A stretch of 63,903 nucleotides of DNA, filler included, from Conidiobolus incongruus B7586 (Eukaryota): assembly GCA_000697335.1 (NCBI GenBank). It is 19 parts of 19 records of this genome, joined end to end, with 100 filler letters (N's around TTAATTAATTAA, not from the genome) between each part and the next. Parts side by side here need not be neighbours in the genome. Positions count along the whole stretch, not along the records: positions 12,978 to 14,993 come from JNEM01003725.1; positions 15,094 to 21,114 come from JNEM01003726.1; positions 21,215 to 22,389 come from JNEM01003727.1; positions 22,490 to 24,931 come from JNEM01003728.1; positions 25,032 to 28,408 come from JNEM01003729.1; 14 more parts are not named here. One strand, given 5' to 3'. Shown here piece by piece: positions 14,190 through 26,599 of the stretch; position 1 is the stretch's first letter; every line of letters begins with the position of its first letter. The translations under genes and the position numbers were made by a program. The notes below the pieces were generated by a model. That model was given only the letters and a program-made list of their open reading frames with translations. It had not been told where the DNA came from and did no database searches.

Positions 14190-14993
14190 AATTATTAGTA
14201 TAGAAATTAAAAAATTTGCCATTTTTTAATTTCTGATCTTTTAAATATATTATGAGTTTTGAAAGATTATTTATCTAAAAAATATATAAGAAAATAAATA
14301 TTTTCTAATTATATATATATTCAATTATAATTATATTTTTTATTAAAATATTTATATTTTATAATTTATGGTTAAATTTAATTATATTTAAATTAGATAG
14401 TAATTATCAAAAGGCTTTTATTTTTAAATTTTTAAAATTTAACTATATATATATTAAAATTAAGATTTGTAAATAGCTTATGAAGATGATATTTTATCTA
14501 AAACTATCATATATCATTAAAATTATAATTTTAAAGCTGGAAGGGATATTATTTAAAATTTATTAAAATCTAAAATACTAATTTTTATAATTATTTTTTA
14601 TTTAAAATTAAAATAAAAAAATATATTAATAAAAACCTTTTTATTTTAATTTACAAATTATTAAAATAATTTAATATTAATTATATAAGCATGTTATATA
14701 TACTATAGTTTAAACTTAGATTAATTAATAAAAATATAAAATAGATATTTTATAATTTAATAAAAACTTAGAAAAAAATTAAAATAACTATAGTTAAACT
14801 AAGTTTATCAAAATATAACCAAAAACAAAAGGTTTTTATAATAAATACTTATAATTTTAAATCTTAAATTTTTTTATATAATTTTTTACTTAAACAAAGA
14901 AGTTAGATTAAGCCAAATTAATCCTTTTTATAAATTCTAATAAATAAATATTTTAAATATAAATAAATATTAGCTATTATAATATAATATAAT
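14190..14993 (+). mobile_element. Highly degenerate mariner copy (older or divergent subfamily), runs into a gap
   Basis: About 14475-14580 translates as AYEDDILSKTIIYH*NYNFKAGRDII*NLLKSK, which matches the mariner N-terminal AYGDxALSxxTVxxWxxxFKxGRxxxEDLPRSG. The string agttagattaagccaaatt at about 14900 matches the other copies. Confidence 0.6.
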
Positions 14994-15325
14994 NNNNNNN
15001 NNNNNNNNNNNNNNNNNNNNNNNNNNNNNNNNNNNNNTTAATTAATTAANNNNNNNNNNNNNNNNNNNNNNNNNNNNNNNNNNNNNNNNNNNNAAATAAA
15101 TAAATATATTATATAATAAAACTATATAAGATTAATAATATTATATAAAAGTAATATTTAATATTAGTTTTATTTTATTTACTTTATATTAAAATAAATA
15201 TTATTTTTATATTACAAAACCCTTATAATTAAAAAAAATTTATTATAATAATTAATAACTATTTAAATTTTATTATTAAAATTTAATTAAAAATTATTAA
15301 ATTTAATTAATATAAATATATCTTT

Positions 15326-15699
15326 TGTAAGTGAATAATAATAGTTAAAGGTAGAAGAAGCAAGTTTCTTAATATCTTAAGAAATATATAATAACTAGAT
15401 CCTTTAATATTAAGATATTAACTAATAATAATAAGAAATATATTAATAGTTAAGCAAAAGGTTTATTTGTGTAAAAAGTAATATAAGCTAAAGTCCCAGC
15501 TAGAAAAAAAAATCTAAGTCTTTTTTATAGTTAAGTAGAATATATACATATAAATATATAAAGTTAAATAATAGTAAAGTTATTTAGATGTAAAGATTTA
15601 TAAAATATTAATAAAACTTAATTTAGATAATTAAATCTTTAGTAGTAAATTAAAGTGAGGAAAAATATCAATTAAGTAATAATTGTTATAATACTTACA
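15326..15699 (-). repeat. 3' LTR
   Basis: Starts TGTAAG and ends CTTACA (inverted termini). Aligns without gaps to 20565-20938. Confidence 0.93.
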
Positions 15700-18600
15700 C
15701 CCTTTTTAAACTATATTGAGCTATTAATATAATCTTATTCATTTTAATTTTTTTGATATAGAATAGGTAAGCTTAAGTGTCTTTAATTACATCAAGTAGT
15801 TTTTAAGTTGATTTAAAATTAAAATAGCTTAACCATTTTATAAAATAATAAGGTTTTTTATATTTTGTTTTATATGCAAGAATTTCATCAATATAATATT
15901 CTTTATCTCTTTAATTATTAATAATAGGTAATAGAGGTTCTTTAAAATTTTAATCAAGAAACTTATCTTTAAGATAATAATATAGTTTTAACAATGAGGT
16001 ATAGAAGACTAAATAACATTTATAAGTTTTTAGTAACTTTAATTTATAATTTCTAAGTTTAAAACCTGCTTTAAAAATATAAAATAGTTTAATCTAATAT
16101 AATAAAAACTTTCAATTTATGTTGTTTCTAGATATTTACTTAGTAAAAAATATATCTATTATATCTAAAAAGACTAGGGACTTAGATTTATATTCAAGTA
16201 GAGTTTTATAGAATTTTAAATAATAATTTTCATTATATATTTGTTTTAACTTAATTAATTCTAAAACTATTTAGTGGATTAATTTAAATCTTTCTAATTT
16301 ATCTATAATAAACTTATTAGTGATAATATTTAAGTTAGGGTTAATTAATAAGTTAAGATATTATTTATAATTTATAAAATAGGGAGTTAAATTACTAAAT
16401 TAATTAATTAAATTATTATAGGTAAATTATAAATAAAATAAAAGAGATTTTTAATTATCTTAATAAAAGTTAATATAATTTCTAACCATCTCTTTTAAAG
16501 TTTTAATAACTTTTTTAACTAGTCTATTTAATTAATAATGGCAAATAATACTAAACTTTATATTAATATTTATATGCTATATAAAAGCTTTTTAGAATTT
16601 TAAAGTAAATTTGAAATTTTTATCAATAATGATAATAATAGGTAATTTATATAATAAGATCACTTTTTTAATTAACAAGTTAGCTATTTTAAATACTATA
16701 ATTATTTTATAAGTAAAAATAAAATAAGTAAATCTATAGTATAAATTAATAACTATTAAAATATTATTATAGTTTTTTTTAACTTAAGTATTTATATAAA
16801 ATTAAGTTGTATTTAAGCTTAAAGTTAAAATAATAAAGGTAAAGAATTTAATTCACCAACTATTTTTTTTATATTATACTTATTTTTTAACAGTTATTAT
16901 AAGATTTATAATAGTTTCTTACCAACTTAATTAATTTTAGTACATAATATTTTATTTGAATTTTATTGATAAGTTGAATTTAACTTTAATGTTTACTTAA
17001 CTTATAGTTGTAATATTATTTTAAAATCTTTAATTAAAAGTTAAAAACTTTTAAAATATATAATTTATTATGTTTATATAACAAACCATTTAATATTTAA
17101 AATCCTTTATATTTAGAAAGTTTTTTCTTATTATTCTCTTCTATTTTAACTTTAATTATTAAATAAAAGTTATCACATTATAGTTTTTCTTTTAAAATCT
17201 AATAAAAATTTTTATTATTTAAGATAATAATTATTAAGTTAGTTTTAATTAGTTTTTTATATTTATTACACATTAGTGTATAATTTAGATTTTTACTTAA
17301 TATATCTATAACCTTATTTTATTTATTAAAAAAGTATTTAATTAAGAATAAAACTCCTAGATAGTTTTTATCTATCTAATTTATTTTTTAGATAAGTATT
17401 TTTGTGAATTTAAGTAAATTAATAATTTATAATTCTTTAGGTATAAAAACTCTTGATAGGATAACTAAAAATTAAACTTTTTTTTGATTTCTACTAATGT
17501 AAACATTTTTTACTTATGTATAAGATAATTTTATTTAGTAGGTGTTAATTTTCTAAACTAAAATACTAAAAGCTTTAGATTTAAATATTTAAAAACCTTT
17601 TAGTGTTTAATTACCCCCTTTAAAGTTTTAAAATAGTTATACTTTTTAAAATCTTCAATAATTTTGCTTTGTGTTATTTAATTACCTATAATATAAATAA
17701 ACATATCTATAAATATAATTACCAACAATTTAAAGTTAAATATAGCAAATATTAAAGCTATAACAATTTTATAGATTAGTGTATAAAAAGAAAAAATTTT
17801 ATTAAAGGTTTAAATAAATAATTTATCCTTCTTTAATAAATTAGATATAAAACTAGTAAGTTTAATAAATATAAGAATATAGTTTTTAAAATATATAACT
17901 AATTTTAAAAAATTTATTACTTAATATTTACTAGCAAAAATTACAATATTGTATAATCTTTAAAGTTTTGTTAAGTTAATAGAAATTCCTTTAGAAAAAA
18001 TAATATAACTATAAAATAAAATAAATAAAGCAATAAAAACATATTTAGAGAATTTTACTAATAACTAATTTTAGTTAAGTATCTGTAAAATAATCTTTAC
18101 ATATAAAATATAATTATCTAAAGTTATTAAATAAATTAAAATATTATTTAAGTAGCACATAACAAAATTATTATAATACTTGTTAAATAAACTATTTATA
18201 AGTTTTATAAATATAGCAGGTGTATTACAAAGTTTAAAATTTATAACTTTAAACTTATAATACTTTAATATATCATTAAAAATAATTAAAAGGATACTTT
18301 ATTTATTAACTAAAATATTATAATAATTACTCTTAAGATTTATTTTAGTAAAGTAGTTTATATTTATAAATCTATTTTTAATTTTATTTAAATTAGGTAA
18401 AAGAGTTTTATCTTTAATTGTTTTACTATTAAAAACTTTATTATTTATGTAAAACCACCAACCTTTATTATGTTTTTTAATAAAAAAACTAGTAAACCTT
18501 AAGGGTTTATAAAAGGTTATATAAAACCTAATTCTAATATCTTATTTATTTCTTTATAAAAAACTTTATATTGTTTAAAAGAAATATAATAAGATGATTT

Positions 18601-20564
18601 ATAATAAAGTTAGGTATTAAATAATAGTTTAATTTTATAAAATATATTTCTTTTTAATCATAGAGTAGTTAGAACTTTAAAAATATTTTTGTATTTATTA
18701 ACAACCTTATACAGTAGATTTTTGATATCTAAAGCATCTTTTAAATTTTTTAAAGAAAAAAAGATAGTATTATAGTTAATATAAATTATACTAGATTAAT
18801 TTTCTAACTTCTTAATTAAATTCACAAAGGATATTCTTGAAATTATTATATTATTGAAAAAGTTATCATTAGTATCTTTTTCTATAATAGAATTAGTTAT
18901 TAGCTAATAACTTAAACTATTATAGCAAAATAAAAAAAAATATTAATTAAACAGACTTTTATTTATAATAATTAGATAATACTTTTATAAACAACTAAAA
19001 CTTATAATAGTGTTATATTTTATAAAACCTATTATAAATTAGATTCTTTTAAATTAACTTATTACTAATAAAATATTACAATATCAAAATCTTTTAATAG
19101 TTTATTAAGTATTATTTATATAATTCAATATTATATTTATTTAATCAGAAGATAATTTAAATCTCTTAATAATATCTTTATTAATAAATATACTATTATA
19201 TTTAAAGTTAAGTAAGAAAGAAATAAAGTGTTTATTTAAAGTCCTTTTAAAAATTTATCAGGAACATAATTTATTTTTATTAAAATCTAATAAATAAGAG
19301 TTTAGATAAATATTACTCTTCTTTTCTAATAAATTTTAAAATAATTTTTGGTTATTTGAATATAATTTCAAAGGTTCATTATAAAAGATTTTTTACAAAG
19401 ATTTCTCTTTATTATTTTAACTATATTAGGTTAAATTTTAACTAGATCAATTATTAATTTGTTGATTACTTTCTTTATTGTTCATTTAAATATTATTAGT
19501 TGAAACTATATTACTAAAGTTTTTATTATTAAATAACTTCTTAAGACATTTATTCTAATGATAATCTATATTAATTTATCTATAATCAAAATATCTTTTA
19601 TTTTTTCTCAAGTATAATTTTTCTTTTTTAGTTAAATACTCTTTGTTCTATATTACAAATATATATATAACATTAAGATTAGATGATTTAGATGGGGAAT
19701 TATTAAAATTTATATAGAAACTCTTATTTATTTCTTTAATATAATTCTAATCATCTTTTACCTCAATAGCTATTTTAATTAAAATAGCAAAACTAGCTGT
19801 TTTTACATTAATCTTAAAGTAAACAACTATAAAAACATTAAGCTTGAATTTTCTCTTAAACCTATTTTTCTTTTCATCTTTAAATAAGTTAAGAATTTTT
19901 AATTTAAGCTAAACAAATTCTTTTATAGAATTTTTAATTGAAGATTTTTAAATAATCTTTGCTAGCTTATTTTAAGCTAGAGTAACTATATTTAATAGGT
20001 AAAACCTCTACTTAATCACTTATTTAAATTAATTAAATGTTTAGATTTTATCAAGATAAAAAAACTACTAATAAGATTAAATATATTTTTTAAGTGTTTA
20101 TACCACTAAAGTTTAACATAAGAGGCTAATTTAGAAGCTGAAATTTTTACTAAATTATATAAATTTAAAGCTTTAATTTTTTTAAAGAATTTAGTTAGTT
20201 TGTTTAAAAATTCTTTTAATTTTTTAAGAGATTTTAAGCTGTTATAAGTAATTAAGTTATTTGTAAAGAACTTAACTTTGTTAAAGTTTTTTAAAATAGA
20301 AAATAAAACTCTATAACTGTTTAATTCAGCTATCATCTGTTACATATAGTTAATCTACTAGGTTTACCCTAATTTTAATATATACTCAGTAAAAGTATTA
20401 TTAATATTGATAAAGTCTTATTAACTAATAGAATAATAGTTATTGTTACTAAAACTTTAAGTGTTTATCTTGTTTTAATTATATATAGAATAATAAGTTA
20501 TAATTATAAAATTTTTAATTATAGTAATAAAAGTACTTTTAGATCTTTTTAATTACTACTATTA

Positions 20565-20938
20565 TATAAGTAAATAACAACACTTAAAGGTAGAGAAAGT
20601 AAGTTTTTTAACACTTTAAGAAATATATAATAATTAGATCTTTTAATATTAAAGTGTTAACTAATAGTAATAAGAAATATATTCATAGTTAAGTAAAAGG
20701 TTTATTTGTGTAAGAAGTAATATAAGTTAAAATCCCTACTAGAGAAAAAAATCTGAGTTTTTTTTATAGTTAAGTAGAATATATACACATAAGTATATAA
20801 GGTTAAGTAATAATAAAGTCACTCAAATATAAAGATTTATAAAATATTGATAAAACTTAATTTGGATAATTAGGTCTTTAATAGTGAATTAAAGTAAGGA
20901 AAGGTATTAATTAAGTAGCAATTGTTATAATACTTATA
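20565..20938 (-). repeat. 5' LTR
   Basis: Starts TATAAG and ends CTTATA (TG...CA mutated to TA...TA). About 86% identical to the other LTR by hand count. Confidence 0.93.
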
Positions 20939-21468
20939 TCTTTATTAAATATTTTAAAAAAAAACTAGTTTATATCTATTATATTATTTTAACTTAAATT
21001 TATAATAATAAGCTAATTATTATTAAAAAATATATATAATCTTAAAAATTTAATATTTTTATATAGTTAATAAAAGAATTAATATTAAATTATATTAAAC
21101 TATTTTGATTAATANNNNNNNNNNNNNNNNNNNNNNNNNNNNNNNNNNNNNNNNNNNNTTAATTAATTAANNNNNNNNNNNNNNNNNNNNNNNNNNNNNN
21201 NNNNNNNNNNNNNNAATATAAATTATCTTTAAAATTATTATAATATATTTTTAATAATATTTCTATATTCTTTTATAGTTATATTATTATTTTTTAAAGA
21301 GTTAATATTAATTTAACTAAACTAAATAATATTACAGTTTTTATTATATTTATAAACAAAGATTAATTTATGTTTATACTTAAATCATTAAATTACTTTT
21401 AAGATTTAATTAATTCTTTAGTTAAACCTATAACTTTTTTAAATTATCTTTTAAGAAAAGATTTTTTT

Positions 21469-22389
21469 ATTATTTTAAATTTAAAATAATAAGAAATTTT
21501 TTAATTTTTAATTTTTCAACGATATTATGAATTAGCAATAAATAAAAATATATAAAGTTAATAAAAAATTATATATTTTTAATAAATATATATATATATA
21601 TATAAACTTTTTTGATTAAAAAATTAACTTTTTAAAATTAGTTATTTAATTTAATTATATTGAAATTAAATAATAATAATTAAAATTTATTTTTAGTAAT
21701 AATAAAATTTAAGCATAAGTTTTTTAAAATCATTTGAAATTTACAAATAGCTTTTAATAATAAAGTATTATTTAAATTAATAATTTATTGTTAAGTAAAC
21801 TACTTTAAAGTTAAGAAAGAAACTATTTACAACCTATTAAAATTTAAATATTTAACTTTAACTAATATTTTTTTAATTATTTTAAAAGACATCTTTTTAA
21901 TTTAGTTATAAAACTATCTAAGCATTTTAATATTAGTTTTATATATATATTTTAAATATATTAAAGCTTAAATTCAAATTAATAAATAAAAATATAAAAT
22001 AGGTATTTTATAATTTAATTGAAACTTAATAAAAACAAGAATAATTATTGTCAAATAAAATTTATTAAAATATTACTAGAAGCTTAAGATTTATAACAAA
22101 TAGTTACAATTGATATATTTTAAATTTTTACATATAATCCTTTACCCAAATATAAATCAAGATATTAAACTAAGTTAAATTAACCCCCTCTATAATTCCC
22201 TTTAAATAAATATTTTATTAATAAGCAAATATTAATCATGGTAATAAAATATAATGATATATGCTATTTTTATTTAATTCTTAAAAGAAAATCTATTAAT
22301 AATAAACTTTATATGGTTTTTTAAATAAAAATAATCTTAATTTATATTTTTAATATAATTTGTAAGGACTTATTTTAAATAATAATAAA
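21469..22389 (+). mobile_element. Degenerate mariner (DD34D family) copy, 3' end in gap
   Basis: Colinear with 43788-44903 and with the reverse complement of 60598-61917 (e.g. acaattgat, taagttaaattaaccccctc). Confidence 0.8.
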
Positions 22390-25300
22390 NNNNNNNNNNN
22401 NNNNNNNNNNNNNNNNNNNNNNNNNNNNNNNNNTTAATTAATTAANNNNNNNNNNNNNNNNNNNNNNNNNNNNNNNNNNNNNNNNNNNNATATAAATTTT
22501 AAATAATTTTAGAAAGTTTTTAGTTAAATTTTTATAATAATAAAATAAATAATTTTTAATGATTTTTATTTAATTTAAATAAAGTAAAATTATATAATAA
22601 ATTATAAAGAGATATTCTTTATCAATAAAGTTATTATATATATAAATTAAAACTATATATTCTATTATTCAAAACTAATAATATTTTTAAAAATTAGAAA
22701 TTAAAAAATTTTCTATTTTTTCAAATTTAATAAAAAAATATCTTATATATTAAATTATTTTTCATTATTGACTTTTAATTGACTCAAAAAACCATTTATA
22801 AATACTGATAATAAATTTAAGAAATTTTGTTTAAAAATATAATGAAAAAATTATATATTATATATATTATCATAATTTATAAAAATTTAAAAAATATTTA
22901 TTTAACTAATATATCAGCATTAAAAAATTCAAAATCTATAATTTAGATATAGAATTTTAATAATAAAATCGCAATTAAAATTTAACTAATAGAAACTAAT
23001 AATAATAAGGCTCTTATAATACACATGCTTTTTCCTTTATTTACCTTATAAAGATTATGAATTATATAATATATTTTGAAAATAAAATATTACTTAAATA
23101 GAATTATTATTAATATATTTATCACCTGCTATTAAAAATATAAATTTTTCCAAATTTTATCTAAATTTTCATTTATTTTAAAAAAATTTTATATTCATAG
23201 TGATTTTTTCACAAATAATATATCAACAAATAAATTTATACTCCAATATTATTATTTTAAAATGTAACTAATTAAATTATAATATATAATTAAATTTATA
23301 AATAAAACCAAATTAATTCTCTGGTAGCATTAGGTTATATATATCTAAACTAATTTTAATTAAAATTATATATTGATTATATAATAAAAATAATTTTTAA
23401 ATAATAAGTAATTAATCTTGAAAATATTATTTTAATATTAAAAAACTATGTATTTAAATATATCTCCAATAATAAATATTTCATAAATAATTTATAAATA
23501 AAGATTAAAAAAATAAATCCTTATAAAATTTTAATATGTAAATAATACATATTTGATCAATTATATCAAAGTTTTATCATAATTTATAATTTCATTCTTA
23601 TTTCTATAGATTAGTTACTTTTACTAAGCTTTAATTAATATTGATTGATATAATTATAATTAAAATTACTTGCATATAATTCAATATAAATATTAAATTT
23701 TATTTTATAATTTTGGATATATAACTGGACTATTTTGTAATTAAAATATCTTAATCAAATTATTAATTGTAATTTATATAGTTTATCACTTGAAAAAACA
23801 GATTATAAAATTATTTATTTTTATATTTTTTAAAGTTGAACTTTTATATTACAACCGTATAATTCTCAATGACAAATTTAATACCAACTTGTGCAATTAT
23901 CAATTAAAACCATTATAATTTTATAACATCATATATTTTTCAAATTAATTTTTGACATTAATTATTAATAATTCTTTTAAAATTTAAATATCAAAAATTA
24001 TTAGTATGAATAAAATCGAATAAAATAATAAAATCTTTAAAATATTTAGTATTATTCTCGAAAAAAAATTAAAATAAGAAATTTATAAATATATTATTTT
24101 TAAGTATATTATTACTTTTATTGGTTCAATTTAATATAGAAATATAAAAGAATATATATTTTGAAATAATATATATATATATATACTCTTATATAATTAT
24201 CATTTTTATTCAATTATTTATATTTAAAAATTTAATAAAATATATTAAATTATCGTCAAAATAAATAAAGATAATCAAATATTTTTTATGGTTTATTATT
24301 AAAATTTAGTCACTAATCTTTTACAACTATTCCAAACTCATAAATAGTTTTTAAAGATAATTTTTTATTGATAATTATTTTTTGTTATTTTATATATTAT
24401 TTTAAATTTATTTAATAAAATATATTTATGTTTTTATAAATTAAAAAATAGGTTTTGTTATGATATTTTAAATCATTAATCAAAAGAAAATATATTGAAA
24501 AATATCTATATTGCTAATAAGTTATCTGGGTATTTAAATATTAATATAGATATATTATATATTTTTTAAATTAAATTGATCTTATTTATACAAATATTAA
24601 ATATATATGATATAACTTTATATAAGCTTAAATATATTGAAATTTCCATAGTTAAATTAATTTTATTAAGGAATAATCCAAATTCTTATTTTTAAAATAA
24701 AGTTGAAGTATTTAATGAATCAAAAACACTTTTATATAATTTTTAATATAGATTTAATAAAATTTTGGATTATATTAAAATAATGCTTTTAATAAATCTT
24801 AAAGAATAATTAGTTTATTTATGAACAAAATTTATTATTATTTTTGGTTATAATAAAATATATCATTTTTATTCAATTTTGAAATAAAATCAATTAATAA
24901 AAAGCTTTATATTTTATAAATTAATATAATANNNNNNNNNNNNNNNNNNNNNNNNNNNNNNNNNNNNNNNNNNNNTTAATTAATTAANNNNNNNNNNNNN
25001 NNNNNNNNNNNNNNNNNNNNNNNNNNNNNNNAATATATTTGAAATATCAGAAATTCAAAAGCTTATTTTTTCAAATTTCAGATAATATTTAACTAAATAA
25101 AAAAATCTGAAGTTATATTTTTAATATTTCATTTAAAATATTTTTTTATCAAAATAATTTTAATTTTATGTTATTAAATTAGGTCTATAATTTCTAATTT
25201 TAATATAATTTTTTCAGAAATTTTATAATATTTATTCAAATAGTTATATTAATATATTAAAAGTTTATAAGTTTGAATATATTATTGATTTATAGATTTA

Positions 25301-26314
25301 ATGGAATAATTTAAATTTCATGATTATTGAAAATTAATTATAAAATTCAAATATTATTTTACTTGGAATAAACCTGAAATATAAATTTATAGTTGACTCA
25401 ATCTTTATATATAATGAAAAATATATTGAATATATATATATATATACTTTATACTTGGTATATTAAAACATTTAAAAGTTCAAATTTAATGACATTCAAT
25501 CTTAATTGAGTAACAATTATTGATTAAAAAATTATATTGAAAAATTTTTATTTTAATCTATAATATCATTCAAATTATTAAGTTAATAATAATATAAGAT
25601 TATGAGATTTTTTTTATTCAAAATAAAATTTGATAATAATTATGATTTTTTATATATATTATTATGATGTTAAAATCATGGTATAATTTTTGTAACTGAC
25701 TATATATCTATTCAATATTTAAAGTTTATTCAAAAATTATAATCTTAAAATATACATTTACTACCAATATTTTATTAACAAAATACTATATATGAAAATA
25801 ACTCGATTATTTTATAAATATGTATAATTGATACTCTTTTATATATTTATATAATATTGGAAATCAAATATTCGAAATTATTAAATCGATTTTAAATAAA
25901 ATATTATATTTGTCTTAAGAAATGTTATTATTGTCCTAGTATAATTTAATGATAAATATTGTCAATATACTATTATCTATTGTTTATATAAACGCCATAT
26001 TGGTAAATAAATTTAAATTATTATATATGAATATTATATTTGCAAAATTTTGAATCATGAAATATTTATTAATACTCCAAATATTTGATTCATATAAAAC
26101 AACTGATATGTTTCAAAATCCTTAATCTGTATCAACAAATCAATTTCATTTGAAATAATAAAATTATAATTAATACCAATTATTCAACTCTAAAATTAAT
26201 TAATATTATTATTTGAATAAAATAAATTTCAAAGTGAAACCTATTAATTTTTATCATGGTATAAAAGATTTTGACATAATAATAATAATTAATAATTATA
26301 TTAATTTTATAATA

Positions 26315-26599
26315 ATGAAAAATAACATATTATTTATACTTTTATTTATTAATATTATCATATCAGACAGTTGTAAATCTGAATTATATCAAGATCTAAT
26401 TGATACTATTTTCGACGAAGATACTCAAACGTTTACAGGTGGAAAAGTAGAAAAATCTGTGAGTGACTTACCTACTGACCTCAGGCTTCGGGGTCCCGGT
26501 AAAGTTTTTTCCGCTGAAGTAGATCCTCGAAGACTCAATGTTGAATATAGTAAAGATAGAGCTGATAATATGGTGGTTAATAGGGTGTTTTGTGAGTAA
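26315..26599 (+). CDS. Small secreted protein, peptidase inhibitor I78-like (94 aa)
   Basis: ATG at 26315 and hydrophobic signal peptide MKNNILFILLFINIIIS. It has an N-terminal Cys, and the C-terminal LRLRGPGKVFSAEVDPRRLNVEYS...VVNRVFCE resembles the I78 pattern RxxxPGxxxTxDxxxxRLNIxxDxxxxVxxVxCG. Confidence 0.75.
   Translation: MKNNILFILLFINIIISDSCKSELYQDLIDTIFDEDTQTFTGGKVEKSVSDLPTDLRLRGPGKVFSAEVDPRRLNVEYSKDRADNMVVNRVFCE

Larger units (their letters stand above)
15326..20938 (-). mobile_element. Full-length hypermutated Ty3/Gypsy chromovirus-type LTR retrotransposon (5613 bp)
   Basis: Two colinear 374-bp LTRs and a 5-bp TSD TCTTT (15321-15325, 20939-20943). A purine tract on the minus strand abuts the left LTR. 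Minus-strand relics appear in Gypsy order: RT (YFTKINLKSNYYNI, FKLCNTPAIF, CYLNNILIY at about 18130-18400), integrase (about 16470-16680) and chromodomain (about 15770-15900). Confidence 0.93.

Noticed and set aside
20106..20336. ORFs 20106-20336, 40995-41225 and 61382-61576
   Set aside because: Chance open frames within mutated transposons. The first probably lies in the gag relic. They are not host genes.
20540..20564. Primer-binding site of the Gypsy element (minus strand TAATAGTAG..., perhaps ancestral TGG...)
   Set aside because: Too mutated to assign a primer tRNA.
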